Both the position numbers and the translations under genes were made by a program. DNA of 64,000 nt from Camelus dromedarius (lineage: Eukaryota): assembly GCF_036321535.1 (NCBI RefSeq), contig NC_087437.1, forward strand, positions 2,108,001 to 2,172,000. The letters run 5' to 3'. Under the pieces are notes generated by a model, which saw nothing but the letters and a program-made list of their open reading frames with translations, had not been told where the DNA came from and made no database searches. Positions 9,601 to 22,600 of the stretch are shown here, piece after piece (position 1 is the stretch's first letter; every line of letters begins with the position of its first letter).

Positions 9601-11924
9601 TAGAGAGACACACTAATCTCCTCCTCCATTAGATAATACATAGACAAACTTAATACATTTTTCTCCTCCTCCATTAGATAGATGGAAAGTGAGATTGACC
9701 GATACACCCAGTAGCCGCTACCTTCTCCTGTTAGAGATACCGAGAGATAGCCAGACACATGGGATTATTTCTTCTTCTCCATTTGATATAGATAGAGACA
9801 CACTCACAGACACACAGACAGACAGACACACTACTCTTCTCCTGCTCTGACAGACAGAGAGATAGACACTCTAGCCTCCTCCTTCTTCTCGAATACATAC
9901 AGCTGCATAGATAGATATCTCCTATATAGACAGACAGACTTACTAGCTTACTCCTCGTCCATTCGATGCACACATAGACTGTTAGACAGACACAGTAGCC
10001 TCTTCCCCTCTTTGTTACACATACTTTGATAAAGAGACCCGCACGCACACACACACACACATACACACAGGCTAGCATCCTCCTCTTCCTCAAGTAGGTA
10101 GATAGGGAGATAGAAACACTAAATTCCTGCTCCGACAGACACACAAATAAAAAGACACACTTGCCTACTGCTGTGCCTGAACTACATAGGTCGATTTTTA
10201 CACAGATTGATAGATACACAGATAGATAGAGAGATAGATAGGTAGAGAGGCAGGCAAATGGAGAGACATAATTTTCGCCTCCTCCTCCAGTAGATATATA
10301 GACAGACACACACATAGTCTAGCCTCTCGCATCCTCCAATAGATAGACAATCAGCCAGGCAGTCAGACAGACTGACACACGTGAGGCGCTGTGCAGTTTG
10401 GGGTTGGGTTTCAGCGGCGTCCACCGGGGACAGTTGTGCCCCTGGCGAGTCATAGGATTTTATCCCATGTCCCTAGCTGCCTTGCCTGCGGGCGGCCCCC
10501 GCTCCCCCAAATTCGACGAACTGAAGCTTTCAAGTTAGCCTGCTCGTGGCAGCAGGCGTTGTAAGGAAAGTGGAAGAGGTCAGCGGCAGCTCCGGAAGCG
10601 GCAGAGCATCTAAGGGGGATGCCTTGGCGAATCGGTCATTTTCCTCCCATTTCCCCCTCTCCTGGCCTCGGGGCAGCCTCTGCTACCGCAGGAGTGCGGG
10701 ATTTCGTTGTCCTTCTCAGCCAGGTCCTAGGAAGCTGTCGAGGTGTGCTCAGGGAACAGGGATTTTACTTCTAGAGGACTGCCTCGGGTGAGCCGATCAG
10801 TTTGCTCCCATCTCCAAAAGCGCCTGGCCTGGGGGCGGCCTCTCCTTCCCCAGGTTCCCAGTATGCATGTTTCCAGCTCAGCCTGTGCCCTTAGGCAGGC
10901 GCGGTGTTCTTAGGGGCTGCATTGAGGAGGCGGGGCTGCTCCACCGAGCCCGTGTATTTGCACAGATCTCCCCGTTGACCGGTCCTAGGGTTGGTCTCTG
11001 CTACCCTAGTTACACGATGTACACATCTCGGTGTTTTCCGGCTCCCGGGAGGCAAGTGCGGGGTGGTCAGGGGGCGGGGTGGGGGGTTGGAGTGGCGGTG
11101 GCGCCTACACAGAGGGAAGAAGAGGGATGCACGGGCTGTCCAGGGAAGCCTGTGGATTTCCATCCAGTGTCCCCCTCGGCGTGCAATAAGGGCGCCCTCT
11201 GCTGCTTCAGGGTGGGATTTGGCAACCCTCCAGCTGGGCCTAATAAAGGGAGGCTTCCTCCATTAGAGAGAGAGACATAAAATAGACAGACAGACACACT
11301 AGCCTCTTCCTCCATTTAGAAACACCCATATGTCTTAACCTTCTCCTCCTAATCCATTATATAGGTAGACAGATACATACATAGACAGACAGACAGACAG
11401 ACACACACACACACACAAACCCAAACCCACACACAACCTTCCCTCCTACCAGTCCTCAATTAAGTAGGTAGAGAGACACACTAATCGCCTTCTCCATTAG
11501 ATAATAAACAGACAAACGGTATAGACTATTTCTACTCCTCATTTAGATAGATGGAATGTGAGACTGACGCATTCACACACTAGCCTCTACCTTCTCCTGT
11601 TAGAGAGACAGACAGATAGCCAGACTCATGAAATCCTCCATCTTCTCCATTAGATATACATAGAGAAATCTCTAAGATGCACAGTGAGACAAACACTAGT
11701 CTTCTCCTCCTCTGACAGGCCGAGGGATAGATAATCAAGCCTCCTCATTCTTTTCCATTAGGTATAGTTACATACATACATATCTGATAATAGACAGCCA
11801 GACAGACATACTAGCCTACTCTTCCTCCATCAGATACATACATAGACTGATAGACAGATACAGTAGGCTCCTCCCCCTTTAGATACAGATACATAGATAG
11901 ACATCCCCACGAGCCCACGCGCGT

Positions 11925-11956
<32 letters not shown>

Positions 11957-12226
11957 GCCTTCTCCTCTTCCTCAAAGAGCTAGATAGTTATATAGACACA
12001 CTAAAATTCTACTCCAACAGACAGAATTTTAAATGACACACTATCTTACTGCTATGCCTCCCCACATAGATAGATAGCTAGCCAGATCGATAGAGAGGCA
12101 GGCAAATAGAGAGTCATACTAGTCGCCTCCTCCTCCGTTGGAGAGACAGACAGACACACACATAGTCTAGCTTCAACCATCCTCCAATAGATAGTCATTC
12201 AGGCAAGCAGTCAAACAGACAGACAC
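6679..12226. repeat. HOR 2: 3-mer A-B-C (5548 bp)
   Basis: A-to-A distance 12239-6691. Confidence 0.95.
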
Positions 12227-15200
12227 ACCAGAGGCGGGGTGCCGTCTGCCTACCTGGTTCGGCGGCGGGGCCCGGGGAAGAGGGTGCCCCTGGTGAACCA
12301 GAGGATTTTCTCCCATGTCCCTAGCTGCCTTGCCTCTGGGCGGCCTCCGCTAACCCAAGTTCGCCGGACGCAAGCCTTTGAAGTCAGCCTGCTCCTGGGA
12401 GCCGGCGAGGTAAGGACAGGGGAAGTGGTCAGCGGCAGACACGGAGGCGGCCCAGAACGCAAGAGGGATGCCTCGGCGAGTCGGTCATTTTCCTACCATC
12501 CCCCCTCTCCTGGCCTCGGGGCGGCCTCTGCTACCGCAGGTGTGCGGCAATTAATTCTCCTTGTCAGCCAGGTCCTGGGAGTCTGTCCAGGTGAGCCCAA
12601 GGGACACGGACGTCGCGGGGAGCGGACTGCCTCGGGTTAGCCGATCAGTTTGCTCCCATCCCCACAAGCGCCTGGCCTGGGGGCGGCCTGTCCTGCGCCA
12701 GGTTCAGAGTATGCACGTTTCCAGCTCAGCCAGCCCACCCGAGGCCGGCGCGCTGTGATCAGGGTCTGCAATGAGAATTCGGGGCTGACTCACCGAGCCC
12801 GTGTATTTGTTCAGATCTCCCTCTTGGCTGGTCCTGGGCTAGGCCTCTACTACCCTAGGTCCACGAGGTGCTCATCTCTGTGTTTTTCAGCTCCGGGGAA
12901 GCGAGTGCGGGGTGGTCAGGGGGCGGGGAGGGGGCGGGGCGGGGGCGGGGCGGGGGCAGCTACAGAGAGGGCTGAAGCGGGATGCACGGGCTGCCCAGGC
13001 AAGCCTGCGGATTTCCATCCAGTGTCCCCCTCGGCCTGCAATGCGGGCGCCCTCTGCTGCTTCAGGGTGGGAATTGGCATCCCTCCAGGTGGGTCGAGTA
13101 CTGGGAGGCTTCCTCCTTTAGACAGACAGAGAGACAAATAAAGAGACAGACAGACACACTAGCCTCTTCATCCATTGAGAAACAGCCGTATATCCTAACC
13201 TCCTCCTCCTCATTCATTATATAGGTAGACAGATACATATATAGACAGACACACACACACACATACACACACTAGCCTCTTCCTACTCCTCAATTAAGTA
13301 GGTAGAGAGACACACTAATCTCCTCCTCCTTTAGATAATACATAGACAAACTTAATACATTTTTCTCCTCCTCCATTAGATAGATGGAAAGTGAGATTGA
13401 CCGATACACCCAGTAGCCGCTACCTTCTCCTGTTAGAGATACCGAGAGATAGCCAGACACATGGGATTATTTCTTCTTCTCCATTTGATATAGATAGAGA
13501 CACACTCACAGACACACAGACAGACAGACACACTACTCTTCTCCTGCTCTGACAGACAGAGAGATAGACACTCTAGCCTCCTCCTTCTTCTCGAATACAT
13601 ACAGCTGCATAGATAGATATCTCCTATATAGACAGACAGACTTACTAGCTTACTCCTCGTCCATTCGATGCACACATAGACTGTTAGACAGACACAGTAG
13701 CCTCTTCCCCTCTTTTTTACACATACTTTGATAAAGAGACCCGCACGCACACACACACACACACACACATACACACAGGCTAGTATCCTCCTCTTCCTCA
13801 AATAGGTAGATAGGGAGATAGAAACACTAAATTCCTCCTCCAACAGACAAACAAATAAAAAGAAACACTTGCCTACTGCTGTGCCTGCACCTCATAGGTC
13901 GATTTTTACACAGATTGATAGATACACAGATAGATAGAGAGATAGATAGATAGAGAGGCAGGCAAATGGAGAGACATAATATTCGCCTCCTCATCCAGTA
14001 GCTATATAGACAGACACACACATAGTCTAGCCTCTCGCATCCTCCAATAGATAGACAATCAGCCAGGCAGTCACACATTCTGACACACGTGAGGCGGTGT
14101 GCAGTCTGGGGTTGGGCTTCAGCGGCGCCGACCGGGGACAGGTGTGCCACTGGCGAGCCATAGGACTTTATCCCATGTCCCTAGCTGCCTTGCCTGGGGG
14201 CGGCCCCCGCTCCCCCAAATTCGACGGACTGAAGCTTTCAAGTTAGCCTGCTCGTGGCAGCAGGCGTTGTAAGGAAAGTGGAAGAGGTCAGCGGCAGCTC
14301 CGGAAGCGGCAGAGCATCTAAGGGGGATGCCTTGGCGAATCGGTCATTTTCCTCCCATTTCCCCCTCTCCTGGCCTCGGGGCAGCCTCTGCTACCGCAGG
14401 AGTGCGGGATTTCGTTGTCCTTCTCAGCCAGGTCCTAGGAAGCTGTCGAGGTGTGCTCAGGGAACAGGGATTTTACTTCTAGAGGACTGCCTCGGGTGAG
14501 CCGATCAGTTTGCTCCCATCTCCAAAAGCGCCTGGCCTGGGGGCGGCCTCTCCTTCCCCAGGTTCGCAGTATGCATGTTTCCAGCTCAGCCTGTGCCCTT
14601 AGGCAGGCGCGGTGTTCTTAGGGGCTGCATTGAGGAGGCGGGGCTGCTCCACCGAGCCCGTGTATTTGCACAGATCTCCCCGTTGACCGGTCCTAGGGTT
14701 GGTCTCTGCTACCCTAGTTACACGATGTACACATCTCGTTGTTTTCCGGCTCCCGGGAGGCAAGTGCGGGGTGGTCAGGGGGCGGGGTGGGGGGTTGGAG
14801 TGGCGGTGGCGCCTACACAGAGGGAAGAAGAGGGATGCACGGGCTGTCCAGGGAAGCCTGTGGATTTCCATCCAGTGTCCCCCTCGGCGTGCAATAAGGG
14901 CGCCCTCTGCTGCTTCAGGGTGGGATTTGGCAACCCTCCAGCTGGGCCTAATAAAGGGAGGCTTCCTCCATTAGAGAGAGAGACATAAAATAGACAGACA
15001 GACACACTAGCCTCTTCCTCCATTTAGAAACACCCATATGTCTTAACCTTCTCCTCCTAATCCATTATATAGGTAGACAGATACATACATAGACAGACAG
15101 ACAGACAGACACACACACACACACAAACCCAAACCCACACACAACCTTCCCTCCTACCAGTCCTCAATTAAGTAGGTAGAGAGACACACTAATCGCCTTC

Positions 15201-15623
15201 TCCATTAGATAATAAACAGACAAACGGTATAGACTATTTCTACTCCTCATTTAGATAGATGGAATGTGAGACTGACGCATTCACACACTAGCCTCTACCT
15301 TCTCCTGTTAGAGAGACAGACAGATAGCCAGACTCATGAAATCCTCCATCTTCTCCATTAGATATACATAGAGAAATCTCTAAGATGCACAGTGAGACAA
15401 ACACTAGTCTTCTCCTCCTCTGACAGGCCGAGGGATAGATAATCAAGCCTCCTCATTCTTTTCCATTAGGTATAGTTACATACATACATATCTGATAATA
15501 GACAGCCAGACAGACATACTAGCCTACTCTTCCTCCATCAGATACATACATAGAGTGATAGACAGATACAGTAGGCTCCTCCCCCTTTAGATACAGATAC
15601 ATAGATAGACATCCCCACGAGCC

Positions 15624-15664
<41 letters not shown>

Positions 15665-15934
15665 GCCTTCTCCTCTTCCTCAAAGAGCTAGATAGTTATA
15701 TAGACACACTAAAATTCTACTCCAACAGACAGAATTTTAAATGACACACTATCTTACTGCTATGCCTCCCCACATAGATAGATAGCTAGCCAGATCGATA
15801 GAGAGGCAGGCAAATAGAGAGTCATACTAGTCGCCTCCTCCTCCGTTGGAGAGACGGACAGACACACACATAGTCTAGCTTCAACCATCCTCCAATAGAT
15901 AGTCATTCAGGCAAGCAGTCAAACAGACAGACAC
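12227..15934. repeat. HOR 3: 2-mer A-C (3708 bp)
   Basis: A-to-A distance 15947-12239; a single C-type block at 14254. Confidence 0.95.
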
Positions 15935-18900
15935 ACCAGAGGCGGGGTGCCGTCTGCCTACCTGGTTCGGCGGCGGGGCCCGGGGAAGAGGGTGCCCCTG
16001 GTGAACCAGAGGATTTTCTCCCATGTCCCTAGCTGCCTTGCCTCTGGGCGGCCTCCGCTAACCCAAGTTCGCCGGACGCAAGCCTTTGAAGTCAGCCTGC
16101 TCCTGGGAGCCGGCGAGGTAAGGACAGGGGAAGTGGTCAGCGGCAGACACGGAGGCGGCCCAGAACGCAAGAGGGATGCCTCGGCGAGTCGGTCATTTTC
16201 CTACCATCCCCCCTCTCCTGGCCTCGGGGCGGCCTCTGCTACCGCAGGTGTGCGGCAATTAATTCTCCTTGTCAGCCAGGTCCTGGGAGTCTGTCCAGGT
16301 GAGCCCAAGGGACACGGACGTCGCGGGGAGCGGACTGCCTCGGGTTAGCCGATCAGTTTGCTCCCATCCCCACAAGCGCCTGGCCTGGGGGCGGCCTGTC
16401 CTGCGCCAGGTTCAGAGTATGCACGTTTCCAGCTCAGCCAGCCCACCCGAGGCCGGCGCGCTGTGATCAGGGTCTGCAATGAGAATTCGGGGCTGACTCA
16501 CCGAGCCCGTGTATTTGTTCAGATCTCCCTCTTGGCTGGTCCTGGGCTAGGCCTCTACTACCCTAGGTCCACGAGGTGCTCATCTCTGTGTTTTTCAGCT
16601 CCGGGGAAGCGAGTGCGGGGTGGTCAGGGGGCGGGGAGGGGGCGGGGCGGGGGCGGGGCGGGGGCAGCTACAGAGAGGGCTGAAGCGGGATGCACGGGCT
16701 GCCCAGGCAAGCCTGCGGATTTCCATCCAGTGTCCCCCTCGGCCTGCAATGCGGGCGCCCTCTGCTGCTTCAGGGTGGGAATTGGCATCCCTCCAGGTGG
16801 GTCGAGTACTGGGAGGCTTCCTCCTTTAGACAGACAGAGAGACAAATAAAGAGACAGACAGACACACTAGCCTCTTCATCCATTGAGAAACAGCCGTATA
16901 TCCTAACCTCCTCCTCCTCATTCATTATATAGGTAGACAGATACATATATAGACAGACACACACACACACATACACACACTAGCCTCTTCCTACTCCTCA
17001 ATTAAGTAGGTAGAGAGACACACTAATCTCCTCCTCCTTTAGATAATACATAGACAAACTTAATACATTTTTCTCCTCCTCCATTAGATAGATGGAAAGT
17101 GAGATTGACCGATACACCCAGTAGCCGCTACCTTCTCCTGTTAGAGATACCGAGAGATAGCCAGACACATGGGATTATTTCTTCTTCTCCATTTGATATA
17201 GATAGAGACACACTCACAGACACACAGACAGACAGACACACTACTCTTCTCCTGCTCTGACAGACAGAGAGATAGACACTCTAGCCTCCTCCTTCTTCTC
17301 GAATACATACAGCTGCATAGATAGATATCTCCTATATAGACAGACAGACTTACTAGCTTACTCCTCGTCCATTCGATGCACACATAGACTGTTAGACAGA
17401 CACAGTAGCCTCTTCCCCTCTTTTTTACACATACTTTGATAAAGAGACCCGCACGCACACACACACACACACACACATACACACAGGCTAGTATCCTCCT
17501 CTTCCTCAAATAGGTAGATAGGGAGATAGAAACACTAAATTCCTCCTCCAACAGACAAACAAATAAAAAGAAACACTTGCCTACTGCTGTGCCTGCACCT
17601 CATAGGTCGATTTTTACACAGATTGATAGATACACAGATAGATAGAGAGATAGATAGATAGAGAGGCAGGCAAATGGAGAGACATAATATTCGCCTCCTC
17701 ATCCAGTAGCTATATAGACAGACACACACATAGTCTAGCCTCTCGCATCCTCCAATAGATAGACAATCAGCCAGGCAGTCACACATTCTGACACACGTGA
17801 GGCGGTGTGCAGTCTGGGGTTGGGCTTCAGCGGCGCCGACCGGGGACAGGTGTGCCACTGGCGAGCCATAGGACTTTATCCCATGTCCCTAGCTGCCTTG
17901 CCTGGGGGCGGCCCCCGCTCCCCCAAATTCGACGGACTGAAGCTTTCAAGTTAGCCTGCTCGTGGCAGCAGGCGTTGTAAGGAAAGTGGAAGAGGTCAGC
18001 GGCAGCTCCGGAAGCGGCAGAGCATCTAAGGGGGATGCCTTGGCGAATCGGTCATTTTCCTCCCATTTCCCCCTCTCCTGGCCTCGGGGCAGCCTCTGCT
18101 ACCGCAGGAGTGCGGGATTTCGTTGTCCTTCTCAGCCAGGTCCTAGGAAGCTGTCGAGGTGTGCTCAGGGAACAGGGATTTTACTTCTAGAGGACTGCCT
18201 CGGGTGAGCCGATCAGTTTGCTCCCATCTCCAAAAGCGCCTGGCCTGGGGGCGGCCTCTCCTTCCCCAGGTTCGCAGTATGCATGTTTCCAGCTCAGCCT
18301 GTGCCCTTAGGCAGGCGCGGTGTTCTTAGGGGCTGCATTGAGGAGGCGGGGCTGCTCCACCGAGCCCGTGTATTTGCACAGATCTCCCCGTTGACCGGTC
18401 CTAGGGTTGGTCTCTGCTACCCTAGTTACACGATGTACACATCTCGTTGTTTTCCGGCTCCCGGGAGGCAAGTGCGGGGTGGTCAGGGGGCGGGGTGGGG
18501 GGTTGGAGTGGCGGTGGCGCCTACACAGAGGGAAGAAGAGGGATGCACGGGCTGTCCAGGGAAGCCTGTGGATTTCCATCCAGTGTCCCCCTCGGCGTGC
18601 AATAAGGGCGCCCTCTGCTGCTTCAGGGTGGGATTTGGCAACCCTCCAGCTGGGCCTAATAAAGGGAGGCTTCCTCCATTAGAGAGAGAGACATAAAATA
18701 GACAGACAGACACACTAGCCTCTTCCTCCATTTAGAAACACCCATATGTCTTAACCTTCTCCTCCTAATCCATTATATAGGTAGACAGATACATACATAG
18801 ACAGACAGACAGACAGACACACACACACACACAAACCCAAACCCACACACAACCTTCCCTCCTACCAGTCCTCAATTAAGTAGGTAGAGAGACACACTAA

Positions 18901-19329
18901 TCGCCTTCTCCATTAGATAATAAACAGACAAACGGTATAGACTATTTCTACTCCTCATTTAGATAGATGGAATGTGAGACTGACGCATTCACACACTAGC
19001 CTCTACCTTCTCCTGTTAGAGAGACAGACAGATAGCCAGACTCATGAAATCCTCCATCTTCTCCATTAGATATACATAGAGAAATCTCTAAGATGCACAG
19101 TGAGACAAACACTAGTCTTCTCCTCCTCTGACAGGCCGAGGGATAGATAATCAAGCCTCCTCATTCTTTTCCATTAGGTATAGTTACATACATACATATC
19201 TGATAATAGACAGCCAGACAGACATACTAGCCTACTCTTCCTCCATCAGATACATACATAGAGTGATAGACAGATACAGTAGGCTCCTCCCCCTTTAGAT
19301 ACAGATACATAGATAGACATCCCCACGAG

Positions 19330-19372
<43 letters not shown>

Positions 19373-19642
19373 GCCTTCTCCTCTTCCTCAAAGAGCTAGA
19401 TAGTTATATAGACACACTAAAATTCTACTCCAACAGACAGAATTTTAAATGACACACTATCTTACTGCTATGCCTCCCCACATAGATAGATAGCTAGCCA
19501 GATCGATAGAGAGGCAGGCAAATAGAGAGTCATACTAGTCGCCTCCTCCTCCGTTGGAGAGACGGACAGACACACACATAGTCTAGCTTCAACCATCCTC
19601 CAATAGATAGTCATTCAGGCAAGCAGTCAAACAGACAGACAC
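15935..19642. repeat. HOR 4: 2-mer A-C (3708 bp), near-identical to HOR 3
   Basis: A-to-A distance 19655-15947; shares private variants with HOR 3. Confidence 0.95.
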
Positions 19643-22600
19643 ACCAGAGGCGGGGTGCCGTCTGCCTACCTGGTTCGGCGGCGGGGCCCGGGGAAGAGGG
19701 TGCCCCTGGTGAACCAGAGGATTTTCTCCCATGTCCCTAGCTGCCTTGCCTCTGGGCGGCCTCCGCTAACCCAAGTTCGCCGGACGCAAGCCTTTGAAGT
19801 CAGCCTGCTCCTGGGAGCCGGCGAGGTAAGGACAGGGGAAGTGGTCAGCGGCAGACACGGAGGCGGCCCAGAACGCAAGAGGGATGCCTCGGCGAGTCGG
19901 TCATTTTCCTACCATCCCCCCTCTCCTGGCCTCGGGGCGGCCTCTGCTACCGCAGGTGTGCGGCAATTAATTCTCCTTGTCAGCCAGGTCCTGGGAGTCT
20001 GTCCAGGTGAGCCCAAGGGACACGGACGTCGCGGGGAGCGGACTGCCTCGGGTTAGCCGATCAGTTTGCTCCCATCCCCACAAGCGCCTGGCCTGGGGGC
20101 GGCCTGTCCTGCGCCAGGTTCAGAGTATGCACGTTTCCAGCTCAGCCAGCCCACCCGAGGCCGGCGCGCTGTGATCAGGGTCTGCAATGAGAAGTCGGGG
20201 CTGACTCACCGAGCCCGTGTATTTGTTCAGATCTCCCTCTTGGCTGGTCCTGGGCTAGGCCTCTACTACCCTAGGTCCACGAGGTGCTCATCTCTGTGTT
20301 TTTCAGCTCCGGGGAAGCCAGTGCGGGGTGGTCAGGGGGCGGGGAGGGGGCGGGGCGGGGGCGGGGCGGGGGCAGCTACAGAGAGGGCTGAAGCGGGATG
20401 CACGGGCTGCCCAGGCAAGCCTGCGGAATTCCATCCAGTGTCCCCCTCGGCCTGCAATGCGGGCGCCCTCTGCTGCTTCAGGGTGGCAATTGGCATCCCT
20501 CCAGGTGGGTCGAGTACTGGGAGGCTTCCTCCTTTAGACAGACAGAGAGACAAATAAAGAGACAGACAGACACACTAGCCTCTTCATCCATTGAGAAACA
20601 GCCGTATATCCTAACCTCCTCCTCCTCATTCATTATATAGGTAGACAGATACATATATAGACAGACACACACACACACATACACACACTAGCCTCTTCCT
20701 ACTCCTCAATTAAGTAGGTAGAGAGACACACTAATCTCCTCCTCCTTTAGATAATACATAGACAAACTTAATACATTTTTCTCCTCCTCCATTAGATAGA
20801 TGGAAAGTGAGATTGACCGATACACCCAGTAGCCGCTACCTTCTCCTGTTAGAGATACCGAGAGATAGCCAGACACATGGGATTATTTCTTCTTCTCCAT
20901 TTGATATAGATAGAGACACACTCACAGACACACAGACAGACAGACACACTACTCTTCTCCTGCTCTGACAGACAGAGAGATAGACACTCTAGCCTCCTCC
21001 TTCTTCTCGAATACATACAGCTGCATAGATAGATATCTCCTATATAGACAGACAGACTTACTAGCTTACTCCTCGTCCATTCGATGCACACATAGACTGT
21101 TAGACAGACACAGTAGCCTCTTCCCCTCTTTGTTACACATACTTTGATAAAGAGACCCGCACGCACACACACACACACATACACACAGGCTAGCATCCTC
21201 CTCTTCCTCAAGTAGGTAGATAGGGAGATAGAAACACTAAATTCCTGCTCCGACAGACACACAAATAAAAAGACACACTTGCCTACTGCTGTGCCTGAAC
21301 TACATAGGTCGATTTTTACACAGATTGATAGATACACAGATAGATAGAGAGATAGATAGGTAGAGAGGCAGGCAAATGGAGAGACATAATTTTCGCCTCC
21401 TCCTCCAGTAGATATATAGACAGACACACACATAGTCTAGCCTCTCGCATCCTCCAATAGATAGACAATCAGCCAGGCAGTCAGACAGACTGACACACGT
21501 GAGGCGCTGTGCAGTTTGGGGTTGGGTTTCAGCGGCGTCCACCGTGGACAGTTGTGCCCCTGGCGAGTCATAGGATTTTATCCCATGTCCCTAGCTGCCT
21601 TGCCTGCGGGCGGCCCCCGCTCCCCCAAATTCGACGGACTGAAGCTTTCAAGTTAGCCTGCTCGTGGCAGCAGGCGTTGTAAGGAAAGTGGAAGAGGTGA
21701 GCGGCAGCTCCGGAAGCGGCAGAGCATCTAAGGGGGATGCCTCGGCGAATCGGTCATTTTCCTCCCATTTCCCCCTCTCCTGGCCTCGGGGCAGCCTCTG
21801 CTACCCCAGGAGTGCGGGATTTCGTTGTCCTTGTCAGCCAGGTCCTAGGAAGCTGTCGAGGTGTGCTCAGGGAACAGGGATGTCGCTTCTAGAGGACTGC
21901 CTCGGGTGAGCCGATCAGTTTGCTCCCATCTCCACAAGCGCCTGGCCTGGGGGCGGCCTCTCCTTCCCCAGGTTCCCAGTATGCATGTTTCCAGCTCAGC
22001 CTGTGCCCTTAGGCAGGCGCGGTGTTCTTAGGGGCTGCATTGAGGAGGCGGGGCTGCTCCACCGAGCCCGTGTATTTGCACAGATCTCCCCGTTGACCGG
22101 TCCTAGGGTTGGTCTCTGCTACCCTAGGTACACGATATACACATCTCGTTGTTTTCCGGCCCCCGGGAGGCAAGTGCGGGGTGGTCAGGGGGCGGGGGGG
22201 GGGGTGGCGTTGGCGCCTACACAGAGGGAGGAAGAGGGATGCACGGGCTGTCCAGGGAAGCCTGTGGATTTCCATCCAGTGTCCCCCTCGGCGTGCAATG
22301 ATGGCACCCTCTGCTGCTTCAGGGTGGCAATTGGCATCCCTCCAGGTGGGTCGAGTACTGGGAGGCTTCCTCCTTTAGACAGACAGAGAGACAAATAAAG
22401 AGACAGACAGACACACTAGCCTCTTCATCCATTGAGAAACAGCCGTATATCCTAACCTCCTCCTCCTCATTCATTATATAGGTAGACAGATACATATATA
22501 GACAGACACACACACACACATACACACACTAGCCTCTTCCTACTCCTCAATTAAGTAGGTAGAGAGACACACTAATCTCCTCCTCCTTTAGATAATACAT

